DNA of 64,000 nucleotides from an uncultured Bacilli bacterium (GTDB lineage Bacteria; Bacillota_I; Bacilli_A; RFN20; CAG-826): the NCBI GenBank assembly GCA_934162685.1, contig CAKPJO010000001.1, forward strand, positions 30,602 to 94,601, read 5' to 3'. Positions 27,607 to 36,343 of the stretch are shown one piece after another. The position numbers and the translations under genes were made by a program. Below the pieces are notes generated by a model. That model was given only the letters and a program-made list of their open reading frames with translations. It had not been told where the DNA came from and ran no database searches. Every line of letters starts with the position of its first letter. Position 1 is the stretch's first letter.

Positions 27607-29073
27607 ATGGAAAGAAAAGATATTGAACAACTTATAAAATACACTTTACCAACTGAGGTATTCACAATCTTTAACACTTTAGAAAATAAAGGTTTTGAAA
27701 CTTATTTAGTGGGCGGAAGTGTGAGAGACATGTGCTTCAATGCTATTTTTCACGACAATAAAGACGCTCGTTATCGTAACGTTCACGATTTTGATTTTGC
27801 AACCGCTGCTCTTCCTGAAGAAATTATAGAAGTTTTTAAAGATTATGAAGTAATTCCAACTGGGTTAAAACACGGCACTGTTACAGTCAGGATCAACCAT
27901 CAAAATTTTGAAATAACAACATTCAGAATAGATGGTAAATATGACGATTTTCGTCATCCTAACTCTGTATCATTCACCAGATCTATAGAAGAAGATTTGA
28001 GCCGTCGCGACTTCACAATGAACGCTATTGCTTATAGTCCAACAAGAGGTTTAGTCGATCCTTTTAATGGTATTGGAGATCTTGATAATATAAGATGTGT
28101 TGGAGACCCAACCCAAAGATTTCGAGAAGATCCTTTAAGAATTCTTAGAGCATCACGCTTTGCTCTTCAATTTATGATACCTATTGAAATCAATACATAT
28201 GAAGCTGCTCAACAAAACGTGAATTTAATTCATCATTTATCAAAAGAAAGAGTAACTGATGAATTCAAAAAAATGTTAAATATCGATCCTTTAAACATTA
28301 CTTATTCTATATTTAGAACTTATTATGGCTTTATTTTAGAAGAATACTTTCCAACATTAAAAGAATACGCAAATTTTCGTCCTACTTTGAATAAAGAACC
28401 TCAAATTTGGAATAAATATCTTCGTATACAAGACCATCAAGTTAATGTGTTTTTAAGAGTGAGATATTTATATCCAATGTTTGATTTTGCTCTTTATTTG
28501 GCTGCTTTATGTCACGACTTAGGAAAACAAAATGCAGAAACAGTAACTCTAACAGACGACAAAATTAAAATATATCATTATTATAGACATCCAGAAGAAA
28601 GTCTTAAAATTTTTGAACAAGAAGTATTGCCTCGTTTATCATTATCAAAAAGAGAAATTGACGAAGCCAGAACATTAATTTTATATCATGATATGCGTAT
28701 TGCCCCTACTAAAAAATCAGTAAAAAAAGCTTTACAAAAAATGTCCCCATTAATGTTATCTTTATTATTTAAATTGCAAGAAGCTGACCTTGATGACCAT
28801 GAATTTGCTAATTTATTAAGAAAGAAAAATACATATCGTGATTTATATGTGACACAATACATCGCCTCAGAAATTCATAAAGATATTCAAGAATGCTTCA
28901 CCATAAAACAACTTAAAATCAATGGTAGAGACCTTCTAAATTTAGGAATAGAACCAGGCCCCAAAATTGGTAAAATTCTTAAAGAATTATTAAAGAAAGT
29001 TATTGATGAAGAGATTCAAAATGATCCTAGGTCTCTCTTACAATATGCACAACATTTAGCCACAAAAGAATGA
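27607..29073 (+). CDS. cca: CCA-adding enzyme / tRNA nucleotidyltransferase (class II, with HD domain)
   Basis: Head motifs LVGGSVRDMCF and RRDFTMNAIAY. HD-like LCHDLGK in the C-terminal half. Confidence 0.7.
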   Translation: MERKDIEQLIKYTLPTEVFTIFNTLENKGFETYLVGGSVRDMCFNAIFHDNKDARYRNVHDFDFATAALPEEIIEVFKDYEVIPTGLKHGTVTVRINHQNFEITTFRIDGKYDDFRHPNSVSFTRSIEEDLSRRDFTMNAIAYSPTRGLVDPFNGIGDLDNIRCVGDPTQRFREDPLRILRASRFALQFMIPIEINTYEAAQQNVNLIHHLSKERVTDEFKKMLNIDPLNITYSIFRTYYGFILEEYFPTLKEYANFRPTLNKEPQIWNKYLRIQDHQVNVFLRVRYLYPMFDFALYLAALCHDLGKQNAETVTLTDDKIKIYHYYRHPEESLKIFEQEVLPRLSLSKREIDEARTLILYHDMRIAPTKKSVKKALQKMSPLMLSLLFKLQEADLDDHEFANLLRKKNTYRDLYVTQYIASEIHKDIQECFTIKQLKINGRDLLNLGIEPGPKIGKILKELLKKVIDEEIQNDPRSLLQYAQHLATKE

Positions 29074-29076
29074 AAA

Positions 29077-29107
29077 AGTTAAGATTAATATCTTGACTTT
29101 TTTTTAT
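29077..29107 (+). terminator. intrinsic terminator sharing its 3' arm with the P9 -35
   Basis: AAGTTAAGATtaatATCTTGACTT plus T8. Confidence 0.6.
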
Positions 29108-29135
29108 ATTTCTCTATAATAAATAGTGTAAGAAA
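29094..29135 (+). promoter_or_regulatory. sigma-A type promoter P9 (TTGACT-15-TATAAT-AAATAGTGTAAG)
   Basis: Family consensus. Confidence 0.6.
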
Positions 29136-29149
29136 AGGAGAATAAAAAA

Positions 29150-29686
29150 ATGGAAAAATTAGAACTTACAAACATTGATGAAAAGGTCGCCTCCTTGTTT
29201 ATCAAAGACGAAAACGGGGTCATCGTTCCTGATAAAACATTAGATTTTATTGTCGATGCTCTAAATACAAACATTGAAAAGGCACAAGAAGATGATAAAA
29301 AATTCAGAGAAGCTTTAAAGAAATTTATGGTAGACAACGGATTAATCAGTGCAACCACAGACAAATATAATGTTTCTCTTGTCGTTCCAAAAGACAAAGA
29401 GTCATTTAATGCAGAAGAATTTGTTAAAAATGAATCTCATGAAATTGTTGATGGTTTCGCTAAAATTTCAAAAACAAAAGAATTTAATGAAGAAATTTTA
29501 AAAGAAAAATATCCTGAAATTTATGATGCTTGTTGTGAAGAATTTCTTAACATTGAAGTTGATACAAAAGCTTTAAAGAAATACTATGAAAATATTTTTA
29601 ATAAGTATAACATCATCACACCAGCAACTGGTAAAACAACTTTGCGTATTGCAGAAAAGAATACAGGTAAAAAAAATAAAAAATAG
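29150..29686 (+). CDS. hypothetical protein
   Basis: RBS AAGGAG. Confidence 0.5.
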   Translation: MEKLELTNIDEKVASLFIKDENGVIVPDKTLDFIVDALNTNIEKAQEDDKKFREALKKFMVDNGLISATTDKYNVSLVVPKDKESFNAEEFVKNESHEIVDGFAKISKTKEFNEEILKEKYPEIYDACCEEFLNIEVDTKALKKYYENIFNKYNIITPATGKTTLRIAEKNTGKKNKK

Positions 29687-29703
29687 AAAGGAATATAGAC
29701 ATT

Positions 29704-30063
29704 ATGGAATTTAAAACTTGTGAAGAATACGTACTTGCTATGTTACATACTGCAGAAAAAAACAATGATTTCTTACGAGAAGAGTTAAATAAGACTGTTG
29801 AGATGTATAATAATTCTCAAAAAGAAAAAACTGAATTAGAAGCGGCAATGCAAATGAAGATCAATCAACTTGATAGAACACTTAAAGCTTTCCTTAAGAA
29901 AGCAAAATCAGGAAAAGAAGGATACATCGCTATAGAAACTACATATTCGTTCGAACACGATTTTGATGATGAATTAATTCGAGAAGCATTTAATAACTAT
30001 AGAGCAGAAATTAAAGAAAACGAAGATACTGAAGATGACGAAAATAACGAAGAAGCAGAGTAA
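29704..30063 (+). CDS. coiled-coil acidic protein
   Basis: RBS AAGGAA. Confidence 0.5.
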   Translation: MEFKTCEEYVLAMLHTAEKNNDFLREELNKTVEMYNNSQKEKTELEAAMQMKINQLDRTLKAFLKKAKSGKEGYIAIETTYSFEHDFDDELIREAFNNYRAEIKENEDTEDDENNEEAE

Positions 30064-30069
30064 AAGACT

Positions 30070-30336
30070 ATGACAGAACTTATTATTGCATTATTATTAG
30101 AGAGTCGTAAAACTGTTCGTACAGTATTTATTATCTGTACCATACTTCTCATTGCTTTATTAGGCGTTGTTTGTTCCAGTTGGTTTAATACAACAATGTC
30201 TTTAGAAGGAAGAATTACTATTATCATTCTACTAATTATTGATTTTTTGTTAGAATGTTTCTCTATTCTAGTACACACATTCTTAAACAAATGCATCAGA
30301 TTAGAATTAAAACAAGAACCACAAAAGGAAGAATAA
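30070..30336 (+). CDS. small membrane protein (2 TM)
   Basis: Hydrophobic segments. Confidence 0.45.
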   Translation: MTELIIALLLESRKTVRTVFIICTILLIALLGVVCSSWFNTTMSLEGRITIIILLIIDFLLECFSILVHTFLNKCIRLELKQEPQKEE

Positions 30337-30339
30337 ATT

Positions 30340-30705
30340 ATGGAAGATAAAGAAAAAATCAACAATGTTGATATTATACCAACATTTGAAGAACTACAAG
30401 CTTACTATGAAAAGCACGATATTCAACCCGATGAATTTTTTACAATAAAAATCAAAGAAGATGCTACCTATGATGAAGTGTTTGAGTTATATTTCGACAC
30501 AACTCTTTCAGATAGAAAGCCGCGTCTTACATATGGAATAATTTACGGAAACATAGATGAAGCAGAGAATTGGCAACCTCGTGACCGTGTCTACGACTTT
30601 ACTCCAGAAGGATATAAAGAATTAAAGAATGATTTATATGGCGAACTCTTAGATCGTTCAATCCAATTAGCATCTGCTATTCTTAGTATTAAAAGGTCAA
30701 TGTAA
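30340..30705 (+). CDS. hypothetical protein
   Basis: RBS AAGGAAGAA. Confidence 0.5.
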   Translation: MEDKEKINNVDIIPTFEELQAYYEKHDIQPDEFFTIKIKEDATYDEVFELYFDTTLSDRKPRLTYGIIYGNIDEAENWQPRDRVYDFTPEGYKELKNDLYGELLDRSIQLASAILSIKRSM

Positions 30706-30727
30706 AAAAACATTGACTTTTTTTTAT
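30696..30727 (+). terminator. intrinsic terminator sharing its 3' arm with the P10 -35
   Basis: GTCAATGtaaaaaaaCATTGAC plus T9. Confidence 0.6.
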
Positions 30728-30755
30728 ATTTAATTATAATAAATAATGTAAGGAG
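30714..30755 (+). promoter_or_regulatory. sigma-A type promoter P10 (TTGACT-15-TATAAT-AAATAATGTAAGGAGG)
   Basis: Family consensus. Confidence 0.6.
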
Positions 30756-30765
30756 GACACACCCT

Positions 30766-31188
30766 ATGATAAAAGAATTTTTCGAAAAGCGTAAAGCCAA
30801 ACGCTCAGCAAAAGATATTGCTAAAATCTGTGATAAGTTAGCATCTGAAATAACAAAACTTGCTCTTACTGTTTATACAGGCGATGTCTATTGTAGAATT
30901 GAGAAAGTAGAATTAGATCTAGACCCTGAAGAAGATCGTGCTACACCAATGTCTTATTCATTTGATGTACATCTTGAAATTCCATCTATCAGACCTACTA
31001 TTAAATGTGCTGATGTGTCTGTTTATTGGGACCACGCAACATCTATTTCTATTAAACAATTAGCAGCAATGGTATTTGAAGCAGCTGACTCGGAGTCGGA
31101 AGCAGGTAGCAACTACACACATAGCATTAAAATTAGTAGTTATACACCAGTTTCAGAAGACGAAATCGAAGAAGAGGATGACAAATAA
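30766..31188 (+). CDS. hypothetical acidic protein
   Basis: RBS AAGGAGG. Confidence 0.5.
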   Translation: MIKEFFEKRKAKRSAKDIAKICDKLASEITKLALTVYTGDVYCRIEKVELDLDPEEDRATPMSYSFDVHLEIPSIRPTIKCADVSVYWDHATSISIKQLAAMVFEAADSESEAGSNYTHSIKISSYTPVSEDEIEEEDDK

Positions 31189-31487
31189 TGAGTGACGAAC
31201 CTATATCAAAAAAGACAAAAGAACTAGAATTCTATTGTCCACATTGCATGAAAAAAGTTGATGTCACACACATCATTAAGCCAACCGAAATCTGGCCCTA
31301 CCACAATCACGAATTTACTTTAGAAAATGTTCCTGTTGTAATCTGTAAAGAATGTGGTGGAGAGATATGGTATGATGACTTTGACTTCGTCACGCTTCAA
31401 CGTGTTCAAACAATGTGTAAACAGCAATATCCTGAAGAATTCGAGGACGATCCAGAAGAAGAAAAGAACACTAAAGAAGAGGGCTAA
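31188..31487 (+). CDS. zinc-ribbon protein (CPHC...CKECG)
   Basis: ATGA overlap; two CxxC pairs. Confidence 0.5.
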   Translation: MSDEPISKKTKELEFYCPHCMKKVDVTHIIKPTEIWPYHNHEFTLENVPVVICKECGGEIWYDDFDFVTLQRVQTMCKQQYPEEFEDDPEEEKNTKEEG

Positions 31488-31553
31488 AAACTCTCTTTTT
31501 TAATGCTCTTCAAACGGTGACAAAATGTCACCCTTTCATAAAGGCATTTTCTT

Positions 31554-31595
31554 ATTGACAAATATTTATATTTATATATAATAAAATTGTGAAAA
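31554..31595 (+). promoter_or_regulatory. sigma-A type promoter P11 (TTGACA-17-TATAAT)
   Basis: Consensus hexamers preceding the GC-richer gene trio that ends with the sigma factor. Confidence 0.55.
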
Positions 31596-31626
31596 AACAT
31601 CAGTCACAAAAAAGGAGGGTCCAACC

Positions 31627-32062
31627 TATGTTAGAACCAATTAATAAAAAAAGTAAAGAATGGTTTTTCCTAGAAGTTCAAAGAGAAAGTAAACCAAATA
31701 CAATGTATCAACAAATTCCGTATCACGAAGTTTCTTTTGAAGAATATGTAAATAAATATCAAGCAGTCACGCAAGCACGCTCCAAAGCTCTTGCCTATTG
31801 TGCTGCTCATAACATTCCAGAGTCAGAATGTCCAATCAAATTAACCTATGAGATAGAAACATTTGATGGCTACGTTATATCTACCTGGCGCTATCACGAT
31901 GCCTACACAGATGTGCTCTTAGAACATCGTTACTTATCTAAAGAAACTCGCAGTATTCTTAAAGCACATCGCTCCAAAAAAGAGAAGCGTCAAACAGATA
32001 GTGACACTAACCAACTCGCCGCCGATCCAACAGCCATAGAAGCACAAGGAGGTCTATTCTAA
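31627..32062 (+). CDS. hypothetical protein
   Basis: ATG 31627 with AAAGGAGGG RBS. The ORF-track ATG 31589 lies at or upstream of the predicted transcription start of P11. Confidence 0.45.
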
Positions 32063-32063
32063 A

Positions 32064-32453
32064 ATGTTAATACCGAAAACCTCCCAATCCCTCAAAAACC
32101 CCGATGTCATCGGCATAAAATCGAATAAAAGTAATATTTTATTTAATCTCTGTGTTTCTGATGAGCTTTCAAGCTATATAATTTTAAAACCAGCTCCCCT
32201 AGGAACCATCGGATTATATGAATTTATGCCCATATCTACATTCCTCGTAGTTACGGATAATTCAAATATAACTCAAGTATCAATAGATATGGAGCACGTT
32301 CCTGACATACATACACAGTTATACGTATACCTATATACGTGTATAACATGCAACCCCGCATATGAAGAATTGCTCCCTCTAACGTTACAAGACAAAATTA
32401 TCTTATCTTGTATCAAAGCTATTGCTAGCACAAAAAGAAAGGAAATAAAATAA
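32064..32453 (+). CDS. hypothetical protein (C-rich codon usage)
   Basis: Shares atypical composition with the following sigma gene. Confidence 0.45.
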   Translation: MLIPKTSQSLKNPDVIGIKSNKSNILFNLCVSDELSSYIILKPAPLGTIGLYEFMPISTFLVVTDNSNITQVSIDMEHVPDIHTQLYVYLYTCITCNPAYEELLPLTLQDKIILSCIKAIASTKRKEIK

Positions 32454-32457
32454 GCTT

Positions 32458-33135
32458 ATGTCTAACTCAGCAATACATCAATCAAATAATAAACAACAAA
32501 CCAAACAAACCGCACGTCACCCAAAGCGCGGTCAATATAAAGACTACTCTCAACCGCTCAACGGTATGACCCTCGAACAGTCCAACAAACTTGTCACAGA
32601 TAATATGGCACTCGTCTTCTGGGTCTTAAAAGAGAAATTTCACTTTGATCCTTCCACGATGCAAGATTATGAAGATGTTGTATCTCTCGGAATGCAAGGG
32701 TTAGTCATCGCAGCACGCTGTTATGACTCTTCCACAGGTTATAGTTTTTCAACCTATGCAACACATTGCATCTCCTCTCAAATTCACTCAGAGTATTTCC
32801 GACGTAATCAAACACTCAAAGCAACACCCGAGATAGCCCCCGCTTACCTCGATGCTCCCCTCCCTCTTGAGACAGATCACGGAGCTAAGAAAACACTTCT
32901 TGATCTTCTCCCAGCATCACCTTCTTCAGATCCTTCCTTCACCCAGGACGCCCACACCATAATGGACTTCATAATTAATAATCCCGTCCCCAACAAATCC
33001 ACCCTCCTCTCCTATCTCCAAGGAACCCGCATCATAGACATTGCCAAACAAGAGTCCGTCTCCACCACCTCCATCCAGAACCGCCTTAAAGTTTCTATAT
33101 CTTATCTTCGTTCCATCTTCAACCCTTCTCACTAG
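32458..33135 (+). CDS. sigma-70 family sigma factor (regions 2 and 4)
   Basis: Region 2 LGMQGLVIAARCYD...YSFSTYATHCISSQI resembles sigma-70 region 2.1-2.3 (FSTYA). C-terminal HTH IIDIAKQESVSTTSIQNRLKVSISYLR resembles region 4.2. C-rich codon usage distinct from the surrounding genes. Confidence 0.6.
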   Translation: MSNSAIHQSNNKQQTKQTARHPKRGQYKDYSQPLNGMTLEQSNKLVTDNMALVFWVLKEKFHFDPSTMQDYEDVVSLGMQGLVIAARCYDSSTGYSFSTYATHCISSQIHSEYFRRNQTLKATPEIAPAYLDAPLPLETDHGAKKTLLDLLPASPSSDPSFTQDAHTIMDFIINNPVPNKSTLLSYLQGTRIIDIAKQESVSTTSIQNRLKVSISYLRSIFNPSH

Positions 33136-33165
33136 CCCCCTCCCCAGGGGTTTTTCTTTTTTTAT
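33136..33165 (+). terminator. intrinsic terminator (CCCCTccccAGGGG plus T-run)
   Basis: GC stem followed by TTTTTCTTTTTTT directly after the sigma gene stop. Confidence 0.6.
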
Positions 33166-33550
33166 CCTTCTTTTTACCTCTTTTTACCTTCTGGGGGAAA
33201 CGCGCAGTGAGCCATTGGGTATTGAACTTGTGCAATAGCCATTGGCGAACGATGAGCGCGTGGGGGCAAACGCGTGCCACTCCGAGATGACACACTCTGC
33301 AAGTCTTGAGAGAAAAAATGAAAATTTTTATACTCACACACTTGCGAGAGCTTTTCAACGAAAAGTCGAGGCAAAATTGCTTTACTTTCTTTAAGGGGGA
33401 ATATAAACCGAAGGTTTATATGAAATTCTTTTTACTCTTTTTAATCTTTTCTTTATTTATTTCTTTTCTTTTTAATCAACTTTTTTCTTTTCGTTTTTCT
33501 TTCTTTTCGGTTTTTTCTCATTTTTCTTGGGGGACGGTTCTTTAAAAGCA

Positions 33551-33625
33551 TGCGTGCGTGACGCACGTGTACGTGTATGCACGTATGTGTACATGTACAT
33601 ACATACACACATCACATACACAAAA
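33551..33625. repeat. 75-bp alternating purine-pyrimidine tract ((CA/TG)n and CACGTG-rich, Z-DNA-prone)
   Basis: gtgcgtgacgcacgtgtacgtgtatgcacgtatgtgtacatgtacatacatacacacatcacatacaca. Confidence 0.7.
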
Positions 33626-33642
33626 ACTAATGTGCCATTGTC

Positions 33643-33790
33643 CGCCAGCTTCAAAGCTAACTTCAAAGCTAACTTCAAAGCTTGTTTCAGAACTCTTTAT
33701 AACTCTTTAATGACCACTTACTCAAATTTTTTGATACACTTACTTCAATGTAACTTCAATGAAGCTTTGAACTAACTTCAATGTAACTTA
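33643..33790. repeat. tandem and dispersed short repeats (CTTCAAAGCTAA x3; ACTTCAATG(T/A)A x3)
   Basis: Direct reading of the sequence. Confidence 0.65.
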
Positions 33791-34027
33791 GTAATTTATA
33801 ATTTAACTTAAGTCAGGTTAAAAGTAAAAATATTAAGTTATAATCTTCCTTGAGTTCGCTTCGCTTATTTAATGGCGTAAGTGCTTATGCCCTTCCGCCA
33901 ATCTTCCATTTAAAAGTCTTGCTTCCGCAATCCTTTCAAATCCGCAAAGTGTATTTATTCTTTTTTTGTTTTCTTTTCTGTACTTTGAGTTTATGTAATA
34001 CCCAAAACTACTTAAAATGAAATATTC

Positions 34028-34332
34028 ACTATTTTTTCTCCATTTAATTCAAAGAATCTCAAGTAAAACAAGTTATAACAAGTATTTATTCGTTTTTATT
34101 GAGTTTGTTTTTTTATTCTTGATTTAATTCAAGAAAAAAATAGAAGGTTCTCGTGTACGCGTGTATACATGTATGCGTAACGTGTAAAACTCTTATTTTT
34201 TAGATTTATTAAATACTCTTTAATTTATTTTCCATTTAATTCAAGAAATTAGGTCTAAAGTGGTTTAAAACTAGTATTTATTAGTCTGGAGTGTGTTTGG
34301 TTAGTTTTTATCCATTCAATTCAAGAAAAAAA
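34028..34332. repeat. iteron-like TTCCATTTAATTCAAGAA boxes (4 copies here, a fifth at 36548)
   Basis: Copies at ~34028, 34115 (palindromic TTCTTGAtttaatTCAAGAA), 34229 and 34300. Confidence 0.55.
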
Positions 34333-34803
34333 TTAGTTAAAATTGATTCTGGAGTGTTTTGAGAGTTATACAGGGGCTTTGATTTATATGATTTAAGCGT
34401 TACACTTTGTAACGGTTTGGGTGTAACAGTTTGGTATGTTTTGTTTCACACTTTCGAGGATTACTCGTTTGTTCATTTGGGTATTTAGAGAAAATTTTTA
34501 AGTAGGATTTAAGCAAGATATTAAGTAGGATTTAAGTAGGATGATTGGTATGGTAAAATAAAGGATAAGTGGGAGAGAGGTGGGTCAAAGTGGGATAAAA
34601 TTAGGTGAAAGTGGGAGGTCACGTGTGCGGGCGCGTGCGCGATTTTCTAGGTGTGATATTTGTCACACTTTTGGCTGGGTCAAAGAAGAGAGAAGTCTTC
34701 TTTTTCTCCGATTCTAAGCCACTATTCTACAATTTTTTAGAATGATTCTAAAAATCAACAACTGTTAAAATATCAACAAAATAATTAAAAATGTTGAAAA
34801 AAG

Positions 34804-34854
34804 ATATCGAACACTTTGTTCGGAAACTCAGAAATATCGAACACTTTGTTCGAT
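34804..34854. promoter_or_regulatory. pair of palindromic operator-like sites ATCGAACACTTTGTTCGAT, 31 bp apart, upstream of P12
   Basis: Perfect 8-3-8 palindrome (second copy) and a near-perfect first copy. They lie 45-95 bp upstream of the -35. Confidence 0.55.
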
Positions 34855-34898
34855 TACTCAAAAGACGGTTGCACCAACTTAAAAAAACTCCAAAAAAA

Positions 34899-34940
34899 CT
34901 TGACATTTGATAAAAATCAATTATACTAAATAATGTAAAG
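34899..34940 (+). promoter_or_regulatory. sigma-A type promoter P12 (TTGACA-17-TATACT-AAATAATGTAAAGGAG)
   Basis: Family consensus. Confidence 0.55.
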
Positions 34941-34952
34941 GAGTGTGATAAT

Positions 34953-35273
34953 ATGAAACTACCAGAGACACTAACAGTACCAATGGAAGAGCAAGAGACT
35001 CTGATCAGTTGGAGTAGAAATGATGAAAAGGTAAAGATCTATACATCAGATAATACAGTACTAACAAAACTCAAGAAACTATCAGAAACAGCACCTGATA
35101 AATATAAACTAGTAAGTGTTGTTAATAATCAAGATGGCAGTGCATATTCTGTAACATTTGAAGTGAATAAAAAATGTGTAAGCTTAAGACAAGGAAAAGA
35201 AAGAGAATACACAGAAGAGCAAAAACAAGAAATGTTAGAGAGAATGTCAGCATTAAGAAATAGGAAAGGATAA
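34953..35273 (+). CDS. hypothetical protein
   Basis: RBS AAGGAG. Confidence 0.5.
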   Translation: MKLPETLTVPMEEQETLISWSRNDEKVKIYTSDNTVLTKLKKLSETAPDKYKLVSVVNNQDGSAYSVTFEVNKKCVSLRQGKEREYTEEQKQEMLERMSALRNRKG

Positions 35274-35279
35274 AGACAT

Positions 35280-36125
35280 ATGGGATACGATAAACTATTT
35301 GATGACTGGGATAAAATTAAACATCGAACAGATCATTTTCTAACGTATAATAAAGTAGAGAAAAAATATATAGAAGCATATAAAAAGGAAACGCAGGCAT
35401 GTGACGCACATGTGCCTACACATACACACGTAAATATAAATAAGGATAATATATCCGATATCCAAGAAAATCAGAAGTTCTTAAGTGAGCCATTTGTAAG
35501 ATTCAGAGGCATCGCGAAGAATGACGATGATAAGGGCTGGGTATATGGATATTACTATAAGCAATTATATAGTATAGATGAGAACGGCGCACCTATATAT
35601 AGACATTACATTGTGATGGACTGTGAGAATAAGATGACAGCGTGGATGAAAGGACTGGTAAAAGAACCGTTAAGAAGTCCAGTCTTTGTTGAAGTCATCG
35701 GAGAGACAGTCACGCAATGGACGAAGTGTACAGACATTGAAGGTAATGATATATACGAAGGTGATATCGTCGAGGTGTATGAGTTTGTTAATAATGGCGA
35801 AGGAGAGAATCATAGGCCTGTAAAAAAGAAAGTGTTTGATGGAGTAGCTGCTGTGGGTGAGATAGGTAGAGGCGAAAAGAACGGAGGACCTTGCTTGTTT
35901 GTTGGATGCATTAACGATGCAGCTAGACTGGTCGCTAAGAACTTTAGAGAAGCTGTATATGGATATAAGATCGTGGGTAACTTCTATGAGAATCCAGAGT
36001 GGTATAAAGAAAGAAAAACAGTCATAGATATAGCTGATGAAACGGACGATCGTGACGATGATGATGGCTTTGATGACATCTGGGATAGGGTTGATCCTGA
36101 AGACTGTGGAGATGATGAAGCATAA
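35280..36125 (+). CDS. hypothetical protein with a poly-Asp C-terminal tail
   Basis: GC-richer ORF. Contains a Pu-Py alternating tract in codons ~35393-35425. C-terminus DDRDDDDGFDD. Confidence 0.45.
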   Translation: MGYDKLFDDWDKIKHRTDHFLTYNKVEKKYIEAYKKETQACDAHVPTHTHVNINKDNISDIQENQKFLSEPFVRFRGIAKNDDDKGWVYGYYYKQLYSIDENGAPIYRHYIVMDCENKMTAWMKGLVKEPLRSPVFVEVIGETVTQWTKCTDIEGNDIYEGDIVEVYEFVNNGEGENHRPVKKKVFDGVAAVGEIGRGEKNGGPCLFVGCINDAARLVAKNFREAVYGYKIVGNFYENPEWYKERKTVIDIADETDDRDDDDGFDDIWDRVDPEDCGDDEA

Positions 36126-36343
36126 TGTATTGGTATGATGATGATAACTTCTGGGAGGACAAGAAACCTCCTAAGACATATGATTACCTGCATGATGATA
36201 TAGAGGATCCTGCGGAATATGATGATTGGCTAAGATATATGGCAAGAGGAATCGGATTAAGGTATCCAGATGATGATGATGCGTATAAAGATCATGATGA
36301 ATACGGTGATATAATAATGCCATGGAATGATGATGACGATTAG
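36125..36343 (+). CDS. small highly acidic D/E/Y/W-rich protein (72 aa), DNA-mimic candidate
   Basis: ATGA overlap. About 40% Asp/Glu with interspersed aromatic residues. Confidence 0.45.
   Translation: MYWYDDDNFWEDKKPPKTYDYLHDDIEDPAEYDDWLRYMARGIGLRYPDDDDAYKDHDEYGDIIMPWNDDDD

Noticed and set aside
31589-31626. ORF-track start at 31589 for the gene ending 32062
   Set aside because: The ATG sits at or before the predicted transcription start of P11 and has no RBS. ATG 31627 is preceded by AAAGGAGGG.
33551-33625. Eukaryotic or giant-virus origin suggested by (CA/TG)n microsatellite-like tracts and CCAAT-like boxes
   Set aside because: All genes have Shine-Dalgarno sequences, sigma-A-type promoters and intrinsic terminators. 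This is a bacterial virus.
33041-33775. ORFs 33041-33238, 33119-33358, 33174-33374, 33306-33545, 33472-33678, 33527-33775, 35984-36193, 36925-37221, 37647-37965, 38205-38411 in the repeat islands
   Set aside because: No RBS. The translations are low-complexity (poly-F/L/K or repeat-derived) and overlap each other; they are most likely non-coding.
33551-34650. Possible CRISPR array, given many short repeats in an ORF-free region
   Set aside because: The repeats belong to several unrelated families, are not of uniform length and are not separated by uniform unique spacers. No leader or cas genes are present.
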